Shown: positions 22,806-33,164, numbered from the stretch's first letter. The stretch: 64,000 bases of DNA from Trueperaceae bacterium (GCA_034520945.1 JAXHNB010000002.1:128001-192000), one strand, 5' to 3'. Made by a program: numbers and translations. The notes: a model not told the origin generated them from the sequence alone.

Positions 22806-23936
22806 ATGACGCGCGATGCTGTGAGGGCCCGCGACTTGGGCGTCCCCTTCGATGGCGACCCCGGTCCCCTGAACGCTGTGACCGATGTGCCGGGTGTGGA
22901 GGTCGGGCACGTCACGCGGATCGAGGACCTGCCGGCGCGTGACGATGCCCCTGGGGGCGTGGCGGTTCGGACCGGCGTGACCGCCCTCCATCCACTGGGC
23001 CGCGGCGCGACCGAGGGCGTGATGGGGGGTTTTTTCTCGCTCAACGGCAACGGCGAGATGACCGGCACCGCCTTCCTCGACGAGTTCGGCACCGTCTTCG
23101 GGCCGGTCGTGTCGACCAACACGCTGAACGTGGGCACGGCGCGCGACGCGGTGGCGGCGTGGTGCCGGGCGCGGATCGGGTTCGGCCACGCTGTGACGGC
23201 GGGAAGCCTGCCGGTCGCCGCGGAGACGTGGGACGGCAAGCTGAATGACATCTTCGGGGGGCACGTCCGGGCCGAGCACGTGCACCGCGCCCTGGACGCC
23301 GCCAGCGCCGGCCCGGTCGCCGAAGGCAACGTCGGCGGGGGCACCGGCATGACGGCGTACGACTTCAAGGCGGGGATCGGGACGGCCTCCCGGCGGGTCG
23401 CCACGACGGGTGGCCCCTACACGTTGGGCGTGCTGGTGCAGGCCAACTACGGCAAGCGCCCCCACCTGCGCATCGCGGGCGTGCCGGTCGGCCGGGAGAT
23501 CCCCGAAGCGATGCCGACCGCCGAAGACGGCGCGGAGGCAGGGCGTCCCGCCGGTCCGGATGGCTCGATCATCGCGATGGTCGTTACCGACGCGCCCCTA
23601 CTGCCGGTTCAGCTTCGGGCCGTCGCCAAACGCGTGGCGCTGGGCCTCGGCCGCAACGGCAGCATCGCGGCGCACTCCTCGGGCGACCTGTTCCTGGCGA
23701 TGTCGACCGCCAACCGCGTGGCCTACGACCCAGACGGGGTGCACCGCGCCTCGTTCGTGCCGAGCGAGCGGCTGGACCCGGTCTACGAGGCCACGGTGCA
23801 GGCCAGCGAGGAGGCGGTCGTGAACGCCTTGGTGGCCGCGCGGACGATGACTGGGGCGGGCGGGGTCACCTACTACGCTTTGCCGCACGCGCGGTTGCAG
23901 GAGGTCTTGCATGCCTATGGCCGGCTGGCCCGATGA
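22806..23936 (+). CDS. DmpA-like (peptidase S58/P1) aminopeptidase
   Basis: GPLNAVTDVPGVEVGH, RTGVTA, NGNGEMTG, EGNVGGGTGM, the DGSII autocleavage site and SGDLFLA.ST. Confidence 0.93.
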   Translation: MTRDAVRARDLGVPFDGDPGPLNAVTDVPGVEVGHVTRIEDLPARDDAPGGVAVRTGVTALHPLGRGATEGVMGGFFSLNGNGEMTGTAFLDEFGTVFGPVVSTNTLNVGTARDAVAAWCRARIGFGHAVTAGSLPVAAETWDGKLNDIFGGHVRAEHVHRALDAASAGPVAEGNVGGGTGMTAYDFKAGIGTASRRVATTGGPYTLGVLVQANYGKRPHLRIAGVPVGREIPEAMPTAEDGAEAGRPAGPDGSIIAMVVTDAPLLPVQLRAVAKRVALGLGRNGSIAAHSSGDLFLAMSTANRVAYDPDGVHRASFVPSERLDPVYEATVQASEEAVVNALVAARTMTGAGGVTYYALPHARLQEVLHAYGRLAR

Positions 23937-24772
23937 GCCGGTCGGAGTCCACGCCCGGGTCTGCGACCTCGTTCCTCCGCGGCATCCGCAGTTACCTCTT
24001 CGACCTGGACGGGTGTCTGTGGTTCGGCGACGTTCTGGCCGACGGGGCGACCGAGCTGGTCCGCGACCTTCGGGATGCCGGTCTATCGGTGGGCTTCCTG
24101 ACCAACGCATCCGTCGCCAGCGGCGCTGAGCTTGCCGCGAAGCTGACGCGTCTCGGCATCCCCGCTACGGCCGAACAGGTCCTGGCGCCGCTGGACGTGG
24201 TGGCCGATCACGACGCCGTCCGCGACTCGCAAGGTGCGTTCGTGCTCGGCACGGGCTCGGTGGCGGCGCGACTCCGGGAGCGTGGCGTCCCGGTCGTCTC
24301 CGACCCCGCGCAGGCCGACGTGGTGGTGGTCGGCAAGGACACGAACGCGACCTATCGCGACCTCGCGGCGGCGACGCATGCCCTGCGCCTCGGCGCGCGC
24401 CTGGTGGCGCTCAACCTGGACGCCAGCGTCCCTGCCGCCGGAGGCCGCCGGGAGCCGGGCGTCGGCGCGATCGTCGCGGCCCTCACCACGGCGTCGGGCG
24501 TGGCGGCCGCGTCGGTGGGCAAGCCGAGCGCCCTGTTCTTCCAGGTCGCGTTGCAGAGGTTCGCGATGAGCCCGGAACGGACGGTGATGGTGGGCGACAC
24601 GCCCGAGACGGACGTGCGTGGAGGGCGCGCGGCGGGGCTGCGGACCGTTCTGCTGCGGCCGGGCACACCCGATGCGCCGGAGTCGCGTGGGGGTGAACGC
24701 GACGCAGCCGACGAGCCCGACCTGCAGGTGCCCGATCTGCACGCGTTGCGGCGCATGCTGCTGTCCGGTTGA
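23933..24772 (+). CDS. HAD-IIA family hydrolase (NagD-like phosphatase)
   Basis: FDLDG, LTNAS, GKPS and MVGD..ETDV.G motifs. Confidence 0.92.
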   Translation: MSRSESTPGSATSFLRGIRSYLFDLDGCLWFGDVLADGATELVRDLRDAGLSVGFLTNASVASGAELAAKLTRLGIPATAEQVLAPLDVVADHDAVRDSQGAFVLGTGSVAARLRERGVPVVSDPAQADVVVVGKDTNATYRDLAAATHALRLGARLVALNLDASVPAAGGRREPGVGAIVAALTTASGVAAASVGKPSALFFQVALQRFAMSPERTVMVGDTPETDVRGGRAAGLRTVLLRPGTPDAPESRGGERDAADEPDLQVPDLHALRRMLLSG

Positions 24773-24813
24773 CGTCGTCGGTGGGGCGACGGCGCCCCCA
24801 TGCGGTGGCTCGT

Positions 24814-25674
24814 TCAGCGGTCGTCCGCAGGATCGGACGGTACCGCCTCCGTCCCGCGGCTGCTCCATCCCCGCCGCGGGTGACGCAACGGCAGGGACCA
24901 GTGGAGTGGATCGCGGCCGCGTACGGTCCACGTGATGGGGTCGGCCAACTCGAGCAGACCCCAGGCGCCCGAGGGCTCCGGCGGGGTGGTGAAGCACTCG
25001 GTCAGCGAGGGCAACGTCGCGAACGCGATCCCGTCGAGGAACGAAAGCGCGTTCCAGTGGGTGTGGCCGTTCACGCACAGGATCACCTGGCGGTGGCGCG
25101 CCAGGAGTTGCGTCGCCTCGTGCACGTTGGCGTGCCAGGCGCGGCTCGCCGGCCGGTGCTCGAAGTAGAGGTTCCCGTCCATCGGCGCGCGGTGCGCCGG
25201 GGCGTGGCTGAACAGGACCGTCGGCGCATCGTGCGCGGCCAGGTCCGCTTCGAGCCAGGCCAGGTCGCCGTCGCTGAGCCGCATGTTCCCGAGCTTCGGC
25301 ACGTAGCGGCAGTCCGGATTCCAGAACGTCAGGTGCCAACCCCCTTCGTTCCGGCTGTGATGGCGAAGGCCGTGCCCGAGAACCTGCTCGTGCTCGGCGA
25401 CGCTCAGGTTGTCCACGTCGTGGTTGCCCACCAGGTGCACGCGCGGCGTGGCCAGCGCCGCGAACATCTCGGCCACCCTCCTCAGGTTCCGAGCGTCCTT
25501 CGCAGCATCTGCCTGGTTGATCCGATCGCCGAGATCGACCACCAGGTCGGGACGATGCCGCGCGATCTCCGCCAGCGCCGCAGGCAGGAGGTCGGGCGCG
25601 CGGCTGCCCAGCTTCGTGCCCTGATCCTCGCCGCAGTGGACGTCCGCAACCATGGCGATGCGCAGGGGCTTCAC
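24814..25674 (-). CDS. Calcineurin-like metallophosphoesterase (CpdA/Icc-like)
   Basis: D.H (ADVH), GD, GNHD, SH.P and GHTH motifs; GTG start overlaps the stop of the upstream gene. Confidence 0.9.
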   Translation of the reverse strand: MKPLRIAMVADVHCGEDQGTKLGSRAPDLLPAALAEIARHRPDLVVDLGDRINQADAAKDARNLRRVAEMFAALATPRVHLVGNHDVDNLSVAEHEQVLGHGLRHHSRNEGGWHLTFWNPDCRYVPKLGNMRLSDGDLAWLEADLAAHDAPTVLFSHAPAHRAPMDGNLYFEHRPASRAWHANVHEATQLLARHRQVILCVNGHTHWNALSFLDGIAFATLPSLTECFTTPPEPSGAWGLLELADPITWTVRGRDPLHWSLPLRHPRRGWSSRGTEAVPSDPADDR

Positions 25675-26039
25675 GCCTTCCCGTCGCCCCGCTCGGTGTC
25701 GGGGAGTCCGCGCCGCTCGTCCTCGGGAAGGCGGCGCCGGGGCGGCTCGCCCTCCGTGGCGTCCGGCGCGAGGACGGGGAGCGGTCCCCGGAAGCGGGTG
25801 GCCAACCACCTGGCGGCCAGGAAGCCCAGCAGCGCCCCGACCACCACGGCCGGGCCGAACCGGGTGAGCCCCAGGAAGGCGGCCAGCGTGATGAGCCCGC
25901 GTACCCCGTAGCTGGCCAGCCGCCACGCCGTGCGCCGGTGGTTCCGCGCCGTGCGCTGGACCGTCCAGCGTAGCCCCGCGAAGTGAATCCAGCCCACCAC
26001 CAGGCCGGCCACGACGCCGAACAGGAGCATGATCAGCAT
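25671..26039 (-). CDS. AtpR-like (N-ATPase 'F1/F0 subunit 2') small membrane protein
   Basis: G..AG..G..HF.GL.WTV.R...SY..R......F.......GALLGF..AR pattern typical of the AtpR family, recognised from memory. Confidence 0.7.
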   Translation of the reverse strand: MLIMLLFGVVAGLVVGWIHFAGLRWTVQRTARNHRRTAWRLASYGVRGLITLAAFLGLTRFGPAVVVGALLGFLAARWLATRFRGPLPVLAPDATEGEPPRRRLPEDERRGLPDTERGDGKA

Positions 26040-26189
26040 GGCGCACCCTCCGATGCGCGGCGGGCGCCGCGTCGCGCACCCGCGTCGGTCACGGGATCGC
26101 CTCCCGTACCCATGGCCTCGCCTCGCCGGTCGACGTCACGTCCGTTCACGGCCCGATGGTACCCGACGTGGTGGGCCTGGACCTGCTCT

Positions 26190-26350
26190 GGCCGGGCGGC
26201 GCGTCGTGCGCTTGGCCCGGCGTCAGCGCGAAGCCGAGGACCCGCCCCCGGCCCGCGGCAGCCCAATGAAGCTTGGTGTTGAGTAGACCGTGTGCCAACG
26301 ACCGTACTTCTTCGGCGAACCCCGCCAGGTGCAGCCGTTCACGGCGATCT
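26190..26350 (-). mobile_element. Degenerate, internally deleted IS5-family transposase remnant
   Basis: The N-terminal motif NGCTWRGSPKKYGRWHTVY is fused out of frame to NTKLHW...GRVLGFALTPGQAHD, a C-terminal IS5 motif. No intact ORF and no terminal inverted repeats found. Confidence 0.75.
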
Positions 26351-26520
26351 TCTCGGGAAACGACCCGATGGAGGCGGGGGCGATCCAGGCCCTTCGTGAA
26401 AGCGGTTTCATAGCAAGTTCGCACCGGGGGTGGTTCGCGTCAAAGGGGATCGCCTCCACGCGCGTTCCCGTCAGGTATTCCGTCGGTTCAGAAGACGCTC
26501 CGGGCGGGGCGCCGGCGTGG

Positions 26521-27351
26521 TCAGTCGGTCGTCCCCGCCGGCTCCGAGGGGCGGCTGGATGACTGCGAGCCGTGATGGCCGAACCGTTCCGAGATCTCCG
26601 ACGCGGCCTGGAGCACCAACTCCGTATGGCCCGCTACCACGTCCTCGGTCATGTGGAAGATGGCGCCGGCGACGCTGACCGCCGCGATCACGCGTCCGTC
26701 GGCGCGGCGTATCGGGGCCGCCACGCAGCGGATGCCGATCCCCCGCTCCTCGTCGTCGAAGGCGTAGCCGCGTTCACGCACGACCTCCAGGTGGCTTCGG
26801 AGCGCCTCGGGGGTGTCGATGGTGCGGTGCGTCAGCTGCGTCAGGTCGTGCTCATGCAGCAGTGCGTCGAGCTCGGGGCCGTCCAGATCCGCGAGCAACA
26901 CCTTGCCGAGCGCCGTGGCATTCGCGGGATGCCGTCCGCCGATCTCGCCTTGGATGCCGATCTCCCGGTGCGCCTTCTCGATGGCGATGTACACCACCTC
27001 GAACTCATCCCGCACGGCAAGGCTCACCGTCTGACCCGTACGGGCCGCCAACCTCTGCATGAACGGCCGCGCCACCGTGTCCAGCTCGAGCCCGCGCAGG
27101 TAGCCGTGGCTCAGTTCCAGGACGCGCGGGCCCAGGCGGTACACGTCCTTGTCGCGCAACACCACGCGATCGGCCTCCAGCGTCCGAAGGATCCGGAGCA
27201 TGGACGCCTTGTTGACGTCCTCGTGCTGCGCCAGCTCGTCGAGGGTCCACCCGTCGTTGCGGCTCGCCAGGGTCCACAGCACGCGCAGGGCGCGCGCGAG
27301 GATCTGCACCACGTACTTCCCGTCCGAAGTGTCGGCGGAATCGTTGAACAT
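26521..27351 (-). CDS. IclR family transcriptional regulator
   Basis: VQIL.RAL.VL, HTH (L.ELA....NKAS..RIL.TL), Y.LG, TALGKVLLA and VRERGYA.DDEE...G.RCVAAPI. Confidence 0.95.
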   Translation of the reverse strand: MFNDSADTSDGKYVVQILARALRVLWTLASRNDGWTLDELAQHEDVNKASMLRILRTLEADRVVLRDKDVYRLGPRVLELSHGYLRGLELDTVARPFMQRLAARTGQTVSLAVRDEFEVVYIAIEKAHREIGIQGEIGGRHPANATALGKVLLADLDGPELDALLHEHDLTQLTHRTIDTPEALRSHLEVVRERGYAFDDEERGIGIRCVAAPIRRADGRVIAAVSVAGAIFHMTEDVVAGHTELVLQAASEISERFGHHGSQSSSRPSEPAGTTD

Positions 27352-27496
27352 CACACCACGCCTTTCGATAGCGGCTTTGCGCGACGACGACGCTCCGTGT
27401 CGCATCGAACGTGCCGTACGGGGAGGGCGGCACCGGGGCGGCGGTTCGCAGGTGCGGCCCAATGCGACTCGAATCCACGGACATTCAACCACGAGG

Positions 27497-27525
27497 GTGA
27501 CATGAAATCGTGTTTCGCGTATAGT
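27497..27525 (+). promoter_or_regulatory. Sigma70-type promoter for the SDR gene with an embedded inverted repeat (candidate IclR operator)
   Basis: GTGACA (27497-27502), 17 nt, TATAGT (27520-27525); GAAA-tcgtg-TTTC lies in the spacer; AT-rich patch in a very GC-rich background. Confidence 0.6.
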
Positions 27526-27698
27526 CCTGAGCGTGTAGGCGATCTGGATCCCCGCGTGTACGCGCGATGCATGCGCAGAAGCGACGGTGGTCCGGGGACC
27601 TGCCGATCGAAGGTTCGCTCGCGTAGCCGAGACGGATCGACGCCAATGAGCGGCGCGGAGCTGACGCGCCCGGACCCCCAGCGACGAAGGAGTGACAC

Positions 27699-28522
27699 AT
27701 GAACGTTCAATACGATTTTTCGGGACGCGTCGTGATCGTGACGGGCGCGGCACGCGGCGTCGGTCGGGCCATGGTGGGACAGTTCGCGGGCGCGGGCGCC
27801 AAAGTGATCGCGGCCGACCGTGACGCCGAGGGCCTCCAGGGAACGGTCGAGGGCCTGGGCGACGCGGCCGTCGCCGTAACCGGCGACGTGCGCGAGGTCG
27901 AGGGCGCGAAGACCATCGTGCAGTCGGCCTTCGACCACTTCGGTCGGCTCGACGTGTGCGTCAACAACGCGGCCGTCGCCCCGCACGCGGCCCTGCTGGA
28001 CGAGAGCGTCGAGGTGTGGGACACCGTGTACGCCGTCAACTGCCGGGGCACGTTCCTGATGACGCAGGCGGCGGGGCGGGCGCTGCGCGATCAGGGCGAA
28101 GGGGGCCGCATCATCAACTTTTCTTCCGGCGTCTCCAACCGGGGTCGGCCGGCGCAGCGTCCTACGCCAGCAGTCGCGCCGCCACCGAGAGCTTCACGCG
28201 GGTGGCCGCGATCGAGTTGGCCGTGCACGACATCCTGGTCTCGTGCGTCAGCCCGGGGCTGATCGACACGCAACCGAAGCCGCTTCCCCCCGGCATGAAG
28301 GAGGGCCTCGCCAAGCGCATCCCCACCCTGCCGCTGGCCCGCGCGGGCGAACCCGAAGAGGTCGGGAACCTCGTCATGTGGCTCGCGTCCGACGCATCCA
28401 GCTACGTCCTCGGCCACGTCTACGAGGTCGACGGCGGGGCAGGCGTCGGAGCGCGCGCGGGGCACGAGATCGTCGACGAGGACATCCGGTACGACTGGGT
28501 GACGGGGCGGACGCGCTCGTAG
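27699..28522 (+). CDS. Short-chain dehydrogenase/reductase (frameshift near 28141)
   Basis: TGAARGVG, NNAA and INFSS, then in a second frame SYASSRAA...VSPG.IDT...PLAR.G.PEEV...VDGG. One G is missing from the G-run at 28141-28144. Confidence 0.88.
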
Positions 28523-28551
28523 CGCGCTGCGGCGCACCAAGGCCATGCGCC

Positions 28552-28625
28552 TTGACCGCGCCGCCGCCGACTGCCTATATTGGGGCCACCGGACAAAACG
28601 TAGTTTCACTTTCTGCGTCCGGTGG
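28552..28625 (+). promoter_or_regulatory. Sigma70-type promoter plus downstream inverted repeat ahead of the ABC operon
   Basis: TTGACC (28552-28557), 18 nt, TATATT (28576-28581); then CCACCGGAC...GTCCGGTGG enclosing AAAA-cgtag-TTTC. Confidence 0.55.
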
Positions 28626-28670
28626 TCCGTTCAAGTCCCCGTCCCGCCCCCGTTCCTTAGGAGGAAATCC

Positions 28671-30243
28671 ATGAAGATGCGCACCGCTTTGGGCGCTCTG
28701 GCGGCCGTGATGTTCTTGCTCGGCAGCGCGTTCGCGCAGCAATCCACGCTGACGATCGCCCGCCCCGATGACATCCGCGCCATGAACCCGATCCGCCAGG
28801 CCAACAACGCCACCTCTCAGGTCACCTACCAGGTGCACGAGGGGCTGGTCACGATGAACCCGGAGCAGGAGCTTCAGCCCGTGCTTGCCACGGACTGGGA
28901 ACTGCTCGAAGACGACGTGACCTGGCGCATCAGCCTGCGCGAAGGGGTCACCTTCCACAGCGGCGAGCCGTTCACCGCCGAAGATGTGAAGTGGAACTTC
29001 GAGCGGCAGCTCGACCCCGACGACCCCGGCATCGCGGCCGGTCTGATCCCGCCCGTCGCAGAGATCGAGATCATCGACGACCACACCCTCGACGTGACCC
29101 TGGAAGAGCCGAACGGCGTATTCATGAACGTCCTGGGCGCGCCCCTGTTCATGATCGTGGATCCGACCCGCTACCAAGAAGTCGGTGATGAAAACTACGG
29201 CAACAATCCCAGCGGCACGGGTGCCTTCGAATTCGCGGAGTGGACCCCCGATCAGCGCGTCATCCTCGAAGCGAACGAAGACTACTGGGGCGAGCCCGGC
29301 GCCGAGGTCGATCGCGTCGTGTTCGAAGTGATGCCCGAGCAGAGCAGCCGCATCATCGCGCTCCGCAACGGCGAGGTCGACATCGCCTTCGCCGTGCCGG
29401 CCGAAGAGATGGAATCGTTCGACGAGAACCCCGACTTCAATGCCATGCGGACGCCGACCATGCGCGTGATGTGGATCGGTGTCAACACCGCGCATCCAAG
29501 GCTCCCGACGCCCGTCCGCCGCGCCATGGCTCACGCCATCGACAAGGAGACGATGATGAACGTCGTCGGCGACAACGGCGTGCTCGCCACCGGCATCGGC
29601 ATGCCCAGCGCCTTCGGCTTCTTCGAGTCCGACTGGGCGTACGATCCCGAGGCCGCCCGCGAGATCCTGCACACGAATGGCTGGACGGCAGGCGACGACG
29701 GTGTCATGACCAAGGACGGGATGCGGCTCGAGTTCGACATCTTGGCCCGCGGGTCCTACCCCGGTGAGATCGAAGGCCTGCAGGTCGTTCAGCTCCAGCT
29801 GCGCGAGGTCGGCATCGCGCTGAACATCGAGCGGGTCGAAAGCGGTGCCTGGTTCGCGGCGCTCGACGAGGGCGCGAGCGGTGCGGACGAAAACGGCGGC
29901 TACCCCGACTACGAGCTGTGGACCGCGGCCAGCGGCATCCGTACCGGTGAGGTCGGCTACATCACCGAACGTCCCAAGTGCGACCAGGGCGGCCGCAACT
30001 GGGAGCGCTACTGCAACCCCGACTACGACGAGGCATTTCGAGACCTCGCAGGCCCCGCTGCCCGAGGAGGAGCGACTCGAGGGCTACCGGACGATGGCCG
30101 AGTTGTTCCACAACGACGCCTTGCGTATTCCGCTGTTCGTGATTCAGAACAACACCGTCACCAGCGACGACGTCGAAGGCTTCGTGGTCAACCCGAACGA
30201 CAGCCTGAACCTCAAAGGCGTCTCGGTCTCGTCGAGCGACTGA
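28671..30243 (+). CDS. ABC transporter substrate-binding protein, family 5 (Dpp/Opp-like; frameshift near 30037)
   Basis: Signal peptide ending AFAQ; P.LA..W, LREGVTFHSG.PFTAEDV, GTG.F and VRRAMAHAID motifs. The C-terminus continues in another frame after an extra T. Confidence 0.9.
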
Positions 30244-30260
30244 GCGCACCGAACCAGGAA

Positions 30261-30291
30261 CGTGGGGGCCGCCGTCACGGCGGCCCCCACG
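30261..30291 (+). terminator. Perfect 14-bp stem-loop between the binding-protein and permease genes (terminator or mRNA-stabilising hairpin)
   Basis: cgtgggggccgccg-tca-cggcggcccccacg. Confidence 0.7.
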
Positions 30292-30314
30292 CCTCCTAGG
30301 GCGCGCCTACCCCT

Positions 30315-31235
30315 ATGTTCGTCTTCATCTTGCGAAGGCTGGCGCAGGCCGTACCCGTGCTGCTCGGCGTGCTGGTGATCGCCTTCCTGGTCACCCGCTT
30401 CACGCCCGGCGACCCCGCACGCATCATGGCAGGGGCGGAAGCCAGCGAAATTGCCGTGCAGGCGATGCGGGAACGCCTGGGCCTCGACCAACCCGGCTAT
30501 GTTCAGTTCTTCCTCTACCTAGGCCGCGTCCTTCAAGGCGACCTCGGCAGCTCGTATCACTTGGGCCGTGACGTAGTGAGCCTTCTCCAAGACGCCCTGC
30601 CGCGCACGGCCAGCCTGGCGGTGATCGCGCTGATCGTCACCGCGTCGGTCGGCATTCCCACGGGCATCGTGTCCGCCATCCGCAAGGACACCTGGTGGGA
30701 TGCCCTCGCCCGCTTCGGGGCGTTGCTCGGCGTGTCGATCCCGGCCTTCTTCGCGGGGCTGCTGATGATCCTATTGTTTTCGTACTACCTGGGCTGGTTT
30801 CCGTCGTACGGGAGCGGCAGCATCCGCCACGTCATCCTCCCCGGCATCACGCTGGGCCTGTTCTCGACAGGGCTGGTGGCACGCCTCACCCGCGCCTCGA
30901 TGCTGGACATCATGGGCCAGGACTACGTGCGAACGGGACGTGCGAAAGGACTGGGCGAACGCATCGTGATCTTCAAGCACGCGCTCCGGAACGCCTCGAT
31001 CTCCATCGTCACCATCATGGGGCTGCAGCTCGGGAGCCTGTTGTCCGGTTCGGTCCTCACGGAGACCGTGTTCGCCTATCCCGGGATCGGCCGCCTGCTG
31101 GTGCGCAGCATCTTCGAGCGTGACTATCCCGTCGTGCAGGGTGTGATCCTGCTGATCGCCCTGATCTATCTCATCGCCAACCTTCTCGTCGACATCACCT
31201 ACGCGGCGGTCGACCCACGGATTCGGTACTCATGA
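30315..31235 (+). CDS. ABC transporter permease (DppB/OppB-like)
   Basis: PGDPA, GDLG.S, DYVRT.RAKGL, HALRNA, ETVFAYPGIG and DPRIR motifs. Confidence 0.95.
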   Translation: MFVFILRRLAQAVPVLLGVLVIAFLVTRFTPGDPARIMAGAEASEIAVQAMRERLGLDQPGYVQFFLYLGRVLQGDLGSSYHLGRDVVSLLQDALPRTASLAVIALIVTASVGIPTGIVSAIRKDTWWDALARFGALLGVSIPAFFAGLLMILLFSYYLGWFPSYGSGSIRHVILPGITLGLFSTGLVARLTRASMLDIMGQDYVRTGRAKGLGERIVIFKHALRNASISIVTIMGLQLGSLLSGSVLTETVFAYPGIGRLLVRSIFERDYPVVQGVILLIALIYLIANLLVDITYAAVDPRIRYS

Positions 31236-32077
31236 GCAACAATCCCCTCCTGCGCGAGATCCGCGTCAGCCCCATCGCACGTACCAGCGTCATCGTGGGT
31301 CTGATCTACGTTTTCATCGCGATTCTGGGGCCCTACCTGGCGCCGTACGACCCCACCGCCATGACGACCCTCCCTCGGCAGGCCCCCAGCGTGGAGCACT
31401 GGTTCGGCACCGACGAGATCGGCCGCGACATCTTCAGCCGCCTGCTGGTCGGAACGCGGACGGCGCTCATCGTGGGCTTCATCGCTGTGGGGATCGGCCT
31501 TTCCATCGGCGGCGTGATCGGCATCGTCGCGGCCTACTTCGGTGGCTGGCTCGAAATGTTGCTGATGCGCTTCGTCGACATCCTGCTGGCGTTCCCAGGG
31601 CTGTTGTTGGCGTTGGCGGTGATCACCTTCCTGGGCCCCGGCTTGACGAACACCATGATCGCGATCGGCATCGGCGGCATCCCCGGCTACGCGCGCTTGA
31701 TCCGGGGCGAGGTGCTCTCCCTGCTCGAACTGGACTACGTCTCCGCCGCCCGAGGCCTCGGTGCGCGTGATGGACGCATCATCGTGCGCCATCTGTTGCC
31801 CATGGCGATCTCGCCGATGCTGGTGTACTCCACCGCGCAGCTTGCGCGCGCGGTGCTGGCAGAGGCCGGCCTCAGCTACCTCGGGTTGGGCGTTCAGCCC
31901 CCGGACCCCTCTTGGGGCGGGATGATCGCATCGGGCCAGCGCTACATCTTCGACGCGCCCTATATGGCGATCTTTCCCGGCTTGGCCATCATCGTCCTGG
32001 TATTCGCCCTGAACCTTTTGGGTGACAGCCTGCGCGACGCGCTGAATCCGCTGCTGCGAGCCGGACGGGGGCAATAG
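31232..32077 (+). CDS. ABC transporter permease (DppC/OppC-like)
   Basis: HWFGTDEIGRDI.SR, YV.AAR.LGA, RHLLP, LSYLGLG..PP..SWG and NLLGD.LRD motifs. Confidence 0.95.
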   Translation: MSNNPLLREIRVSPIARTSVIVGLIYVFIAILGPYLAPYDPTAMTTLPRQAPSVEHWFGTDEIGRDIFSRLLVGTRTALIVGFIAVGIGLSIGGVIGIVAAYFGGWLEMLLMRFVDILLAFPGLLLALAVITFLGPGLTNTMIAIGIGGIPGYARLIRGEVLSLLELDYVSAARGLGARDGRIIVRHLLPMAISPMLVYSTAQLARAVLAEAGLSYLGLGVQPPDPSWGGMIASGQRYIFDAPYMAIFPGLAIIVLVFALNLLGDSLRDALNPLLRAGRGQ

Positions 32078-32134
32078 CGCGCAGGCGCCCGCGCTTCCGG
32101 CAGCGCTCGCCCCACCGCGACCGTTCGCGGGACC

Positions 32135-33133
32135 ATGCTAGCCTGGCGCGCCATGTGCGCGTCCGACCCCGCCGACCTTCCGCGCGACGCGACGAGCACG
32201 GCATCTTCGGCGCAAGCTCCGGAGGCGCCGACCGTTGACAGCGAAGGTACGGTGCCGCCCACGCGGCTGCTGACCGGCTTCCTGCTGATGATGGGCGCGA
32301 TGATCCTTCTGCCCGTCATGGACGGCTTCGCCAAGCACCTGCAGACGCGCTACCCGGTTGCGCAGGTGGTGTGGGCGCGCTACCTGTTCCACCTATTGGT
32401 GATGCTGCCGCTGGTGTTGGCACGATTCGGGCCGCGGGCCCTGTGGCCCGAACGCGTCGGCGTGCAGGTGTTCCGCGGCTCCCTGCTGCTGGGGGCGACC
32501 ACGCTGTTCTTCTCCTCGATCGCGCGCATGCCGCTGGCGGACACGCTGGCGTTGTTCTTCGTGTCCCCCCTGGTGGTCACCGTCCTCGCAACGCTGGTGC
32601 TGGGCGAACCCGTCGGCTGGCGCCGCGCCGCGGCTGTCGCGGTCGGTTTCGCGGGGGTGCTGGTGATCCTACGGCCCGGCACGGGCGTGTTCGAGTGGAC
32701 GGCGCTCCTCGCCGTGGGCGCCGGCACCGTGCACGGCTTGTACATGCTGACCACCCGCAAACTGGCCGGCAGCGCCCCACCGCTGGTGACCCTCGCCTAT
32801 ACCGCGCTGGTCGGCGCGATCGTGATGTCGGCGATCGTCGGGTTCGTGTGGGTGCCGCCCACGCCGGGCGACTTCGGCCTGATGCTGCTCCTCGGGCTGC
32901 TGGCGGCGGCGGGCCACTTTCTGATCATCAAGGCGTTCGACCACGCGCCCGCTGCCTGGCTGGCCCCGGTCGGGTACAGCGAGATCGTGATGTCGACGCT
33001 GGTGGGGTACGTCGCGTTCGGCGACTTCCCGGACGGCTGGACCTGGATCGGAATCGCCATCATCGTGGCCAGCGGCCTGTACGTGTCGGTTCGCGAGCGG
33101 CGCATCTACCGCGCGCACCGCCCCGGCGCCTGA
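32135..33133 (+). CDS. DMT/EamA family transporter (start uncertain)
   Basis: About 10 TM helices; QVVWARY, F.SPL, LGE.VGWRR, G..GVL.ILRP and FGD.PD motifs. Confidence 0.9.
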   Translation: MLAWRAMCASDPADLPRDATSTASSAQAPEAPTVDSEGTVPPTRLLTGFLLMMGAMILLPVMDGFAKHLQTRYPVAQVVWARYLFHLLVMLPLVLARFGPRALWPERVGVQVFRGSLLLGATTLFFSSIARMPLADTLALFFVSPLVVTVLATLVLGEPVGWRRAAAVAVGFAGVLVILRPGTGVFEWTALLAVGAGTVHGLYMLTTRKLAGSAPPLVTLAYTALVGAIVMSAIVGFVWVPPTPGDFGLMLLLGLLAAAGHFLIIKAFDHAPAAWLAPVGYSEIVMSTLVGYVAFGDFPDGWTWIGIAIIVASGLYVSVRERRIYRAHRPGA

Positions 33134-33164
33134 CGCGCGGCGCGGAGGTGCGCACCGGACCCAC

